A program made the position numbers and the translations under genes. Source: Naegleria gruberi (Eukaryota). From it: DNA of 64,000 nt. The notes beneath the pieces are model-generated. The model had not been told where the DNA came from and made no database searches. It worked only from the letters and a program-made list of their open reading frames with translations. The stretch lies in assembly GCA_000004985.1 (NCBI GenBank), contig GG738901.1, one strand, 5' to 3'. The number at the start of each line of letters is the position of its first letter. Position 1 is the stretch's first letter. Positions 33,549-44,849 of this stretch are shown in pieces.

Positions 33549-35804
33549 ATGGGTGTAAAACAAAAGAAATATAAAAACGGAGAGGAATATAATGGAGATT
33601 GGAGTAATAATAAAAGACATGGATTTGGTATTCATTCATGGCCAGATAATAGAATTTATGTATGTAATTTAAATTTGCATCGTGATGGAAATTTATTCGA
33701 TTTATTATTCGAAATAATGATGGCAATAGGAAGGTCAATTTAAAGACGATTCAATGAATGGTCATGGAAAATATCAATGGCCAGACAATAGACTCTATGT
33801 AAGTACTATTACAATACTCTAAAATAATTTATTCAATAATTATTGAATCAATTACTGAACGACATAATTATTCGAATTCAAATATAAAAGGAAGGATCTT
33901 TCGTCCAAGATCACATGACAGGAAGAGGTCATTATTTTCAAGATAAAAGAGATCCTCTCTTAGAAGAAATCAGCGGAGAATTTTTGAATGGAGTTCTTCA
34001 TGGTCGTGGAACTTGTTTTAAGAAAATTCTGAGTCCTCAAAATGTAACTACTGGACTTGTGATAACAGTTGGATATTGTTGGAATAGAGGAACTTTACAT
34101 CACGGGTTTGAGATTATAGTAGATAGTAATAATAATGTTCAATCTATCAAACAATTCAAATCAAATTTCAAATATTCATTTGATCCACATGCAGGTGACA
34201 TTTTCTTTGAAAATGATAATGATGTTCCAGTTTCAGTGACTACTAATGGAGGCACAAATGGAAATGCACCAACAACTCCAACAAGTGGTAAAGTTCCACT
34301 TTTGAGTTTATCTAATATTGGTAATTCAAGTTCTGGTAGTTTGGATGCCATTTCTCCGAGAGTGAATAATTCACTAACTCCAAATTCTTCAAGGTCACCA
34401 AGAACTCCAAGAAATCACTTGATAAAACCAGTTGGAATCAACGAGGCCAAGATTGAACAAATTGAATTTATTGAAGTTGGAGAGCTGAATCGTGTGAAAA
34501 ATGATTTGGTGGAGAAACAATCGGGTTTACTTCATGCATGGAAGGAAAAATTGAATAATGTACAAGAAAAGATTAAAAATCTCACAAAACAAAAGGCAAA
34601 TTTGGAGAGTCAATTGGCTGAAGTAACAGAGGAATTAACCTATTTCAGAAATAAGGACACTGAAACTGAGCAAAGATTAGAGCAATACATTTCCCAACAT
34701 AAGGAACTTTTCGAAGAATATGAACTTGTCACCAATAAGAAGATTAAAACATTGGAAAGCACTATTCATGAGATTAATCAAGTTAAAGAAATGGAAATTG
34801 CAAAAAAGAATTCAGAAATGGAAGAATTGAGACAATCTCTCCACAACAAGATTGAAAATCTAGATCGTGAATGGAATCAAAAGTACTCTGATTTGGAAAA
34901 GGTCAAGACAACACAACAACCAACAGCTGCAGTCGATGAATCACCAACAAGCCTCTCTCCTGAAACAAATCAAATTTCAGCAATACCAAAGAGGAGATCA
35001 TCCATAATGAGACACAGAAGATCATTCTCCTCAATGGACGTTCCACAAATGCAAACAACAAGCGAGGGAGATGATTCGAGCTCAACTAGTATTGGATCAG
35101 TATCTCCTGCCTCAAATACCAATATTGGAACTCAGGTCATTGGAGAAGAGTTTGATATCGAGTCAAGTCCACATGCCACAACAACTTACAAAACTCTAAA
35201 CAGCAACACTGCCATCAATACAAATTACGAAACGGCTCAACAGAGAGAAAATAAGATTATTGGACGACCTCGATCAAATTCACAAGACAATTCCTCAGCA
35301 ACTTCATCCATTGACATTGTGAGAGGAACAGTCAATAGTGCCCAGCTCAATATTCAAGAACGACCACCACAACCAATCATTGACATTGCAGCTACATCAT
35401 CTGAAAAATCCACAACTGAAAATTCATCATCTGAAAACACAACTGCATCCTCAAATGGAAATTCCTCAAATTCTACTCAAGAATCATCTCAAGCAACAGA
35501 GCATTCTAATGACAATGAAAATAATTCAATCAACTCGAATGAATCAAATCAAAATATGCAATTTGACATTTCTCCACGTATTTCCACAAGTGAAACCAAA
35601 CATTCAATCAAATCAACTTCTCTTGAGAATTCTCCAAAATCTTCTCAAACTTCTACGTGGGTTTCTGCTGATATTCTCTATCAGAAAATTAGAGAAAATC
35701 TCAAAAAGACTTCCTCTCCATCAGAAAAGGAAAGTTCTGGAAAACAAATTTCAGATTCCTTTGATTGGCGACAAGTTTTGAAAAAGAATAACAACCATAA
35801 ATAA
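33549..35804 (+). CDS. MORN-repeat protein with coiled-coil and S/T/N-rich tail (at least 3 exons)
   Basis: Exon 1 (33549..33659) codes YNGDWSNNKRHGFGIHSWPDNRIY, with a GTATGT donor. Exon 2 codes EGQFKDDSMNGHGKYQWPDNRLY, with a GTAAGT donor. Exon 3 (about 33893 to 35804) codes GSFVQDHMTGRGHYFQD...GVLHGRGTCF. These fit the MORN consensus Y.G.w....hG.G. A heptad-rich region and a low-complexity tail follow. Confidence 0.65.
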
Positions 35805-36020
35805 ATTAATTGTAAAATAGATCATATCAGCTCTTAGAGTAATTTTCGATAAACTATTTATGAATACTTTAGGAAATAAAGCAGGAAGACTGTTTTTTCT
35901 AAAATAGGAATTTTTAAAAAATTGTTAATTTACCAAAAATGGAATTTTAATTGAAATTCACAAGATGATTTTTAAGCCACTACTAGTTTTAATCAAAATT
36001 TGAAAAATTAAACAAAAATA

Positions 36021-37123
36021 ATGTCCACCTCGCCAATCATTTCTTCCAATGCTCTAAACACAATCAATGCTGAGGAAACTGCAACCTCCAACAAACCAGA
36101 ATTAACTGACAATCCACCACCACAAGAAAGTCTCTCCATAGCTGGTGGAGAATCTAATCTGTTGAATAAATCAGACGAAACAACAAAACCTTCATCAACA
36201 GATGAAATTCCAATTATTCATCACCATCAACATCAAGATCAAGTACCTGCAATGAGCACAACAAGTGCATCTAGAAGTGGTGAACATTCTGTTGGCTCCT
36301 CATCCTCTCAGCAAATTGCTCCAACCACAACGATGGTTTCTGTGATTGTGGACGAATCTGAGGAGGATAAGGATTTATTGAGAAGTGATTATGGAAATAA
36401 GAGTTTCTATCACCTTCATGCACTGAATGATGAACCATTGAGCAATTATTGTAAAAACTATGGAGAATCCACTGAAGGAAATAAGTTTGCCAAGTTGGCC
36501 AGATTGATTAATCACTTTCCAAATTTCAATAGAAAAGGAATGGAGAGATTTACCTTGGAGGGTTTGAAAGAAATGTGTCTTGAATTAGGGTTGAATACAG
36601 AAGGAAAGAAGGCCCTTCTAATTGATAGATTATTCAACTTGTACATTGAGAAACATAAGGATTCAAAATTGGAATTCACATTCGATACTGCAAAGGGAAC
36701 CACCACTGAAAGTGAAGAACTTCACACTCATGAAGAGGAAGAAGAAGAGGTCAATCCAAAAACTGGAGAACCATTCAGAAAATCTCCTCGAGTTGCAAAG
36801 AGAAAACAAACAGAAAAAGATACATCAAGTAAGAAAACAAAATCAGACGACTCCATCACCAGAGAATACTTTATGAAACATGCTGATGATTTGAAATTCA
36901 TTGTTGATGGAAAGGAACACACAGCTGCAAAGAAATCTGAAACTCACAATTCATTTGGATGGCATTACAGGTAAGTTTTTGAGCTTTCAATCTCAATTGA
37001 CTCACATATGAAAACAGTGGAGCAGGAAAGATTGATGTTGGATCACATTCAGTTCCAGTTACATATACATTTAATGCAATAGTTAAAAAGAGTGGAAGAA
37101 AAGAAGAATCAGAGGAAGAATAA
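36021..37123 (+). CDS. SAP-domain protein, S/T-rich (2 exons)
   Basis: GMERFTLEGLKEMCLELGLNTEGKKALLIDRLFNLYIEK matches the SAP motif. The N-terminus is S/T/P-rich and the C-terminus is acidic and basic. The donor is tac ag|GTAAGT at 36972, the acceptor is AAAACAG, and the last exon ends ...KKSGRKEESEEE* at 37123. Confidence 0.6.
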
Positions 37124-37146
37124 TCTCTTCTCTTGTTGTAATTTTA

Positions 37147-38611
37147 TCAACGCTTCAAATTGTTAGGAGTAAATTCTGTGAATTTCAGAGCTTTTCTCTT
37201 CTTATCTTTTTGCTGTGTTTCATGAATGCCATGATAAAAATCCTGATATTCATTCGTGTTAAATGTCACTGATGAGTTTGATGATGAACTGTTTCTTCGT
37301 TGATTAAAATCAAATGATTGAGGCACGTTACTATTAGTTATTGTAATTCTCTTCTTTTTTCCTGTATTATTATTTGAAAGATTGGTTACACTAATACTTG
37401 GTGTCGTTAATTGGAAATTACTGCTGGAATCCGAATCACTTCCTTGATATTGCATATTATTGTTGGTATTATTATTATCAGGAGATGGAATACTGCCTAG
37501 ATGAAAATTGTTAAAGGAAGAAAGAGAATTATTGGTCTGTGACATTTCAAACATTGAATTTCTTCGATAGGATTGGGATGGTTGTAAATGTGTTTTGGAA
37601 ATCAATGGATTCTGACTCATAAAGACACGTTGATGGTAAAGATTTTGAGAAAATTCACTTATCTCTGGTGGAGTTAACATGTTTTTGACATGTTGAGGAG
37701 GGTTTGTCATATTCATTGATAAATTATTCATACTGCTGCTGTTATTATAATTATTGCATGTATTGAATGGTAGATTAAGTTGAGGATCAAACATTCTATG
37801 ACTTGCAGGTTCTTCCATTAATTGATTTCTACTACTAGTTGGAATTTGTTTTGAAGTCTGCAGCATTAAATTAGTGAAAGATGTTGATGATTCATCCAAT
37901 GATCTTGCTTTTCTGACATGTCGATATTTTCTCAATCCTTCTTCTAAGAGATCATCCAAGCTTTCCTCCTTTAAAACAAAAGTTCCATTAACATTGTTAT
38001 GATGTGATGTATTGTTGATACTATTAGTATTGTTCTGATCAGAAAGTGCTGGAGATGTTGTACATGTGATATCATCAATTTGCATCTTTAAACATGTGTG
38101 TGATGAATATGAGAGTGACCAAATTGCTTTTACCTACCTTATTAAAAGATTCATATTCATTATTGGGAATGCCCGGAGATGACTCCATCATTAAATCATT
38201 ATTCGTATTATTGATCATTCTCATATTCTCTGGTTGTTGAATCACAATATTAATTAAGGCTTGAATATTTGCCTGATCTGGCGATTGTTGTTGTTGGTGA
38301 TGTATTGGATGTGGAGATAATGGCATGGTTGGACTGTTATTATTGAATTGTTGTTGTTGTTGCTGTTGTTGGCGTAATCTCGAATTGTTCATGTTGAAAG
38401 CATGTTGTGGTGCATTGTTTGGTTGTGAGTGGAATGAAATGGTTTGCTGTTTCATGTTGGATGATGGTGAAGAAGTGGAGCATGTAGGTGATGGTGATGA
38501 TGTATTATTTGCAAGATTTGTTGAGGCTTGATGATTAACACTATCAAATGATAGGCTTCTTCTAAAACCATTGGACACATCATTAAGCATGGAAAATTGT
38601 GAAGGATTCAT
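37147..38611 (-). CDS. Q/N/S-rich low-complexity protein (2 ORF segments joined by a short intron), unknown function
   Basis: Same-strand ORFs 38611..38075 and 38085..37147 carry poly-Q and poly-N runs. The junction region contains GTAGGT-type sequence. The 5' end may extend further upstream. Confidence 0.4.
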
Positions 38612-39196
38612 TAGGATTCCATGAAAGTATAAAGCAGTCTGCTGGTGGTTTGGTCTTTGGTAATATGAGTTGGTGTTGTTGTTGTTGTTGTTGGTTTCTA
38701 AAGACAGTCCCTTCTCTTCCTTCTTATCGTATCTTCAAAATGGGGAAAACTAACAAACACCTCAGTCGTGCTTTTCTTTTAAGGTATTTTCTGTTCCAAA
38801 CACTTGAGGAGGCAAATACATTCCACTATCCATTCCATCAACGATTCGATATTGGTGCTCGCAGTTGTAAGAGTTAGTTAATAACCATGTACCATTGTTA
38901 CTACTATTCTATTGTGTAATGTAATAGTGGAGAGTATGATGTTGTTAAATAATATAGTATCTTTGGCAGGTGGTATATTCCATTGAGCGTGCTGAGATGT
39001 ATCAATACTATTGAATAGAACATCAAAGGAAACAACAGTAACACTCCTTAAAACAAATAAGGTAAGGGATTTCTTTAATAGCAAAATTTAAGTTATACAG
39101 ATTTTTGTAAAGGTCGCCATATTTGCCACTGAAGCCGCCAAATAACGACCACCACACTCAATAAAATCAAGCATTGCTTGTAAGGTGCGTAATAAT

Positions 39197-40867
39197 TTAT
39201 TGTTGTGGGCAACCTGGAGGCATTTCGCCACCTTTTCCTCCCTTCTTCTTCTTTTGGCCACCAAAGGCAAGTTCTTGAAGGAATTGATTCATCACCTCAT
39301 TAGCATTACCTTCAGCAAATTCATCCATATCTTCATAGTCATCATCCTCATCACCTTCTTCAACATCTTCGTAATTTTCATCATCATCATCTTCATCATC
39401 ACCTTCTTCTCTCATTCTTTTGAGTTGATCTGCAATATCTTTATCAAAATCATGTTCTTCGAAAGAATAATCTGCTTCTGATGGACAACCACACATGGTT
39501 CTCATTCTGTATCCAATCCAATCGTCATTGCAAAGGGTTGTATCGCCACTATGAACTGTAGAGCTGAAATAAATAGCTCTCAACAATTGATAATCGCTAA
39601 TAATTGAGTATCTGGTATCATTTCCAAGAATGACAGTTCTAAATTCTCTTAATTGTTTCAAGAAAATTCTGAAATTTCTCTTTTCAATAGCTATCCAATC
39701 ACTTTCTTGGAATCTATCGTCATCATCCAAATAATTTTCAAAGAATAATGTCCATGGGATTGATTTCAAACTTTCTGCATCGCTTGTTGCCAATGGCAAA
39801 ACCCTATAATCGAGTTTAGTTAAAAAGTCGTGACTATGATAACGAGCCTTGTGGAAGAAGGTATATTTGAGCTCAATGCATTCATATGATTTTGTAGAAT
39901 GGAATCTAACAAGTGTATCCAAGCTTCCAATAGCTCCAACATCAATATATCCTGGGCTGAAATCAATTACACATGCTTGAGCACAGAAATCAGCAACAAT
40001 GGACTTATCTTTGATATCAGAGAGGGCATTCTTCATAATTGAAAATGTAGTTTTCAATATAGTTTCGCAGCTATCCTCATCTTCTTCTTCTGCATACTTA
40101 TTATGTTTCTTTTGATTTTCAACACGATCAACAAAATATTGATGCCACTTTTCATTTTCTTCAGGTGTTAATTCATCAGCAGAAGGTTCCAATTTGAAAA
40201 TTTCCTTGCTCTTTGCTCTCCAATCGATAGTCTTATTTGTTTCACTTTCTTGAATGATTTGATCGGCTTTATCTAAATCAAAGTAACCAGTATTCTTTGA
40301 AAGAGCCAAAACTTTGGCTTTATATTCTTCGAATTCCTTTAAACCTAAAGTAGTATTTGCAACGACGAAAGGATTGTATGATTCAATAAGATGGGATCCA
40401 GTTTCGAAAGAAATATGATGATTCTTTTCAACCAAATAATAGAATACGAAAGCATCCAATGGTAAATTCAATAATTTAGAGAGTGACAACTTGACAGTTT
40501 GTTCACTTCTTCTCTTGGTCAATGGAATTCTGAATCTAAAATGTGGTACAGCAACATTGTCTCTTTCGACAAGTTCAATATTTCTCTTTTTTACAAATTC
40601 GCTAACTTCTCCAATGCACAACAAGGAAAAATCAATTGTTCTGAACATTCCCTCATTCTTGGTTTCCTCTTCAAGAGGAGCAAGAAGTTTTTCCAATTCT
40701 TCATCACTCAATACCACAGCATCAAGTGATTCTCCGATTGGTTTTATCTCCTCAGGTTTTGTTTCTTCTTTCAAACCTCCAACAATGGTGATAACTTCTT
40801 CCTCCTCGACATATTCTTCAATGACTGGCATTGTTGCTTTGTGATGATATTTTTTTAAAAAGTTCAA
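39197..40867 (-). CDS. Hypothetical protein with long acidic C-terminal tail (556 aa)
   Basis: Uninterrupted ORF. The C-terminus reads EEGDDEDDDDENYEDVEEGDEDDDYEDMDEF...KKKKGGKGG. No catalytic motif. I cannot name the family with confidence. Confidence 0.5.
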   Translation of the reverse strand: MNFLKKYHHKATMPVIEEYVEEEEVITIVGGLKEETKPEEIKPIGESLDAVVLSDEELEKLLAPLEEETKNEGMFRTIDFSLLCIGEVSEFVKKRNIELVERDNVAVPHFRFRIPLTKRRSEQTVKLSLSKLLNLPLDAFVFYYLVEKNHHISFETGSHLIESYNPFVVANTTLGLKEFEEYKAKVLALSKNTGYFDLDKADQIIQESETNKTIDWRAKSKEIFKLEPSADELTPEENEKWHQYFVDRVENQKKHNKYAEEEDEDSCETILKTTFSIMKNALSDIKDKSIVADFCAQACVIDFSPGYIDVGAIGSLDTLVRFHSTKSYECIELKYTFFHKARYHSHDFLTKLDYRVLPLATSDAESLKSIPWTLFFENYLDDDDRFQESDWIAIEKRNFRIFLKQLREFRTVILGNDTRYSIISDYQLLRAIYFSSTVHSGDTTLCNDDWIGYRMRTMCGCPSEADYSFEEHDFDKDIADQLKRMREEGDDEDDDDENYEDVEEGDEDDDYEDMDEFAEGNANEVMNQFLQELAFGGQKKKKGGKGGEMPPGCPQQ

Positions 40868-41478
40868 AATATATATTTGATGATCAAATTTTCTACCAAG
40901 CCAATATGAGAATTTGTAATGTTCAATTATTGAATTAAATAATTAATTATATTTAATGGAAGTGATTTGGAAAATAAATTAATTTCATATTTGTAATGAT
41001 TTGTCCTTCCTAATTGAAAATTCAAAGATTGTAATTCGATGGTCAAAATTCATTTCACCAATAAAGGAGAGTGTATTGATTTATTTGTGAATCGGTCCAA
41101 AACTTGAAGGAGAATAAAAGATTTTTAGATTTAGATTACAGTGTGCAATATCTTGATATCCGTGAGCTTTTTGGAACAGTTCAACTCCCTAACCACCAAA
41201 CGATCTTCATATTCCTTCCTATTCACATCTTCCTACAAGCATTCAACAAAATTACGTATCCACACTACCTCCCTATCAAAACATCTCGATTATCATTCCT
41301 GATTACAATTTCCTTGCAGAATTGTTACGATTTTGCAAACAACAATGTCAATGTCTTCCACTTCCGCGTGCTGAAATTTGATTAAAAAAAAATTGCAAAA
41401 AATAAGAAAATTTAAATTTTCATATCCTTGTTGGAAGATTTGCTATCAACCTATCTCGAGTGTTTGACAAATTTGAAA

Positions 41479-43259
41479 TGCCAAGTTTTTTTAAATCGGT
41501 ATCATCCGATAAGACTGATACTCACATGTATAATGTAGAGGATATTGATATTAGAGATTGGAGTGTTGAAGATTTTGCCTATTGGTTATTACAGAAAAAT
41601 TACAAAAAGAAAATCATCAAAGGTTAGTTTCATCATCATCATCATCATGATATTTATTTGTGATTTAAAAAAGTATTGAAAAAGGAAAAGTGGAATGGTG
41701 ACTCTTTAATGGAATTGAAACAAGAAGGAGATTTACAATCTAAAATTCCTTCAGGTGTTGCCAAATCAATATTTGCTGATATTCAATTATTAAAAACAAA
41801 ACAAGCTGAGGAAAGTCAAAAGAAAACGGAGAAATTAACACCAGACGAAATACGGAAATCTCGATCATTTAAACCTGTTAATATTGTAGATGATGAAACT
41901 GAACATGTCGGATCTGTTCTCAGTACAACAAGTTCTATAAGATCTAGGGAAGGATCAATGATTAAAGCAGCAACTCCTATTCCTGTTGATAATGGAAACA
42001 ACAATCCACTTTCATCAAATGAATTTGTAGAACTCTTTAATGATATGAGAAATATAGTAATTGCTTACAAATCAACTTCACCAATTAACATGGCTCGTTC
42101 GGGTACTGTCATTAATAATTCTAGCACTCAATCAAATGATAATTGCCCTGCTTGGGATATTGAATCTCTGAAAATCAATCAAAAACAAGATTACAATTGT
42201 TGTTATGGAAAAATTGAACAAATTATTGAAAAGTTTAAAATTGAAAAGAATGTGAGATTGAACACAATTTCGAAAAATCAATTGCAAGAAATCACACAAA
42301 ACTTGATCATTCAAGCAAGATTTTCCTATCAATTTTTAAATCCACAACGGTTGCTGAAGAGTGTATTGTTGGAAAATAAGAATACCATCAGCTTTTTGAG
42401 AATTAAAATCGGTGTCAGGGTAATGAACTCGGATGAAATTAATGATTATGTTAATATGATATCTGAACTACCTGAAGAAGACAAAACTGAAGAACTTCAT
42501 CTTCTTTCAGCTAGAATACCATATGCAGGATTCGCAATGGCAATTATTATTGGTCCATTCTACATTGAATGGAACAGATTTGGTATTGCAACAGTGAGAA
42601 ATAAGCACTATAGCCATGACGTTTTGTTTTTCGATGCTAAAGTTGTTAAAGGAAACGATGAAATTACAACACTTTTGAGCAAGCTGTCAACTTGGGCTTG
42701 TTATTGGAATGGTCAAAAAGATTTTGATATTTTACATGCCAACTCTTACACATTTTGTAAAACTATTTTTGAGAATATTGAGTGTCTGAATGATTTCCCA
42801 TCCCACATCAAAGATTTGATAGAACTATTTAAATTGGGAGGAGTTTGTGGAAATACCATCTATTTGAATTCACAACTTGAGAAATGCATTCAGCAACATG
42901 GCAGTGAATCTCTTCGTTCGAAACTTATCCACAAACAACTGCAAGCATCCATAACATTTACCAATCAAAGAGTATTCAACGAGTTTACATCAATTATTCA
43001 GGAACATCTTGATTCTGAATATCTGGAGTACTATAAGACGCTAAAGTATCAATTACAAATGATAGAACGAGGTTTTTGGTGTGATATGGAAAGAAATGGA
43101 AGAGGAATGGAAAATGAACCACTCATGGTTGACAATCAATGTAAAGCCATGTTCAATCCAAGTGGTCTTTTAGAAAATGCCTTCCTTTCCACTGATGAAC
43201 ACAATATTCACACAGATTTCGAATTTAGTAACTACTCTGTACCATTACCTAAACTTTAA
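41479..43259 (+). CDS. SAM-domain protein, 2 exons, unknown C-terminal domain
   Basis: Exon 1 (41479 to about 41623) codes MPSFFKSVSSDKTD...IRDWSVEDFAYWLLQKNYKKKIIK. The donor is GTTAGT, the intron contains (CAT)6, and the acceptor is AAAAAAG. Exon 2 continues the SAM-like fold (KWNGDSLMELKQEGDL...IFADIQLLK). Then follows about 450 aa of unknown function. Confidence 0.55.
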
Positions 43260-43296
43260 CGAGTAAATTATTATTGAATTAGTTCTATATTACAAT

Positions 43297-44442
43297 TTAT
43301 TTTTGAAAATGTTCAGCAGTCTTTCTAACCAAACGTTTCACATGACCAAGTTTCTTTACACCTAATTTCTTATAGTCTTCTTCTGTCATGTCTCTTATAT
43401 CTTTCATTACCAGCAGTTTCTTCTTTTTGAATAAACTCCAATTTTCATCCATGTGGTTTTCTTTCAGGAATTCTTCCACAGATTTCTGTTCCTCCTTCTG
43501 AGAGAATTCAATTGCTTTGGAGAGAACCCAAATTTTAAAATCTTCAGTCTTTCGTAAGTGGTTGAACACCTCTTCTTTCATTTGTGATAATACAGATTGG
43601 TACAATGTTTTTAAAACTTTCTTTGCTTCTGATTCATCTTGCTCCTTTGCTGCCTTATTAACAGCTGCCTTAGTTTTGGAGCTAACATTTAATTCGAATT
43701 GAGAATCATCATTCAAGAATTTTTCAACTACAATCAATGAAATGTCAAGATAGGACAAGTGTTGAATATCTACATTTCCAAACACTTTCTCAGTGGCATT
43801 ATCAATAACCTTGATATTCATTAATTTATCTACAAATATTTCATCATTTTCCAAACAAGTCATCATTACATTTGACAGATTAGAATTCAGTGAACCAACA
43901 CTGTTCGAATCACTCGAATCTGACTCATCAAGCTCTTCATCACACGAACTAATTCTGTGTTGAATTTTAGGATTTTTCGAGAACCAAGGTTCCAAAGCTT
44001 CAATAAACACCAATTGCTCATCATTCCTAGCTGATTCCAAATATTCTTTCAATCTTTGCTTTCCATCATTTTGTTGAATAAAACTTTCAAAGTTATTGTA
44101 AGTTTTCAATAGTTCTGAAACGGTGGCAAAATCAGAATCAGATGTAGTGGAATTTGCACTCGTTGATCTTCTCTGCATTAATTTATCAGCACAATTCAAT
44201 GATGATCGACAAGTACCACTATTCACACCACTATTCCCACCAACAAGTAGAGAACCACGTGGTGAAGCATTGTTATTGATTGTTACGATTGCCACAGATG
44301 ATGTGGTCGAATTGGCAGGTTGTTGATAAGCAGTAGCAGTGGTGGGTGACAGCAGCGATGCAGAGCTCACATGCTGATGATTCATGGACGAGGTTGTTGC
44401 TGCTGATGGTGAAGAAGCATTGTGGTGTAGAATGTTTAACAT
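43297..44442 (-). CDS. RGS-like domain protein with C-terminal SAM-like region
   Basis: FESFIQQNDGKQRLKEYLESARNDEQLVFIEALEPWF resembles the start of an RGS box. The C-terminus MTEEDYKKLGVKKLGHVKRLVRK is SAM-like. The N-terminus is S/T-rich. Confidence 0.4.
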   Translation of the reverse strand: MLNILHHNASSPSAATTSSMNHQHVSSASLLSPTTATAYQQPANSTTSSVAIVTINNNASPRGSLLVGGNSGVNSGTCRSSLNCADKLMQRRSTSANSTTSDSDFATVSELLKTYNNFESFIQQNDGKQRLKEYLESARNDEQLVFIEALEPWFSKNPKIQHRISSCDEELDESDSSDSNSVGSLNSNLSNVMMTCLENDEIFVDKLMNIKVIDNATEKVFGNVDIQHLSYLDISLIVVEKFLNDDSQFELNVSSKTKAAVNKAAKEQDESEAKKVLKTLYQSVLSQMKEEVFNHLRKTEDFKIWVLSKAIEFSQKEEQKSVEEFLKENHMDENWSLFKKKKLLVMKDIRDMTEEDYKKLGVKKLGHVKRLVRKTAEHFQK

Positions 44443-44849
44443 TTTTTTCTTATGAGGGCTTTTTCACTTTTGCTTGACAAATTGAGTTTAACGAAACTGA
44501 TGTCTTGCTTCAGTTTTCATTGACTCAAAATTTCAATGTCAAGTTTATTTTTTCATTTGATCAAGTTTCTTCCCAGTACGGTAATTATTAGAAACAAGAA
44601 GAGAGAAAGGACAACCCTACAGGTATATTCGCCATTAAATTTTCCGTTTTTAACGAATAAGAAGACGGAATACACCTGTTGGCACAGTTAAATTTTGTTA
44701 ATTTTCCCAATTGGGATGAGTTGAATATTTCCATAACTTGATATAATATACTATTCCGGTGAAATTAAATGCAATGTCACTGATGATTACTACATTGTTA
44801 GTACGTGATATTAGATAAGAATCATTGAATTGGAAAAATAGTAATGAAT

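Noticed and set aside
41629-41648. (CAT)6 run, considered as a poly-His coding segment
   Set aside because: It lies inside the GTTAGT...AAAAAAG intron of the SAM-domain gene and is not in the coding frame.
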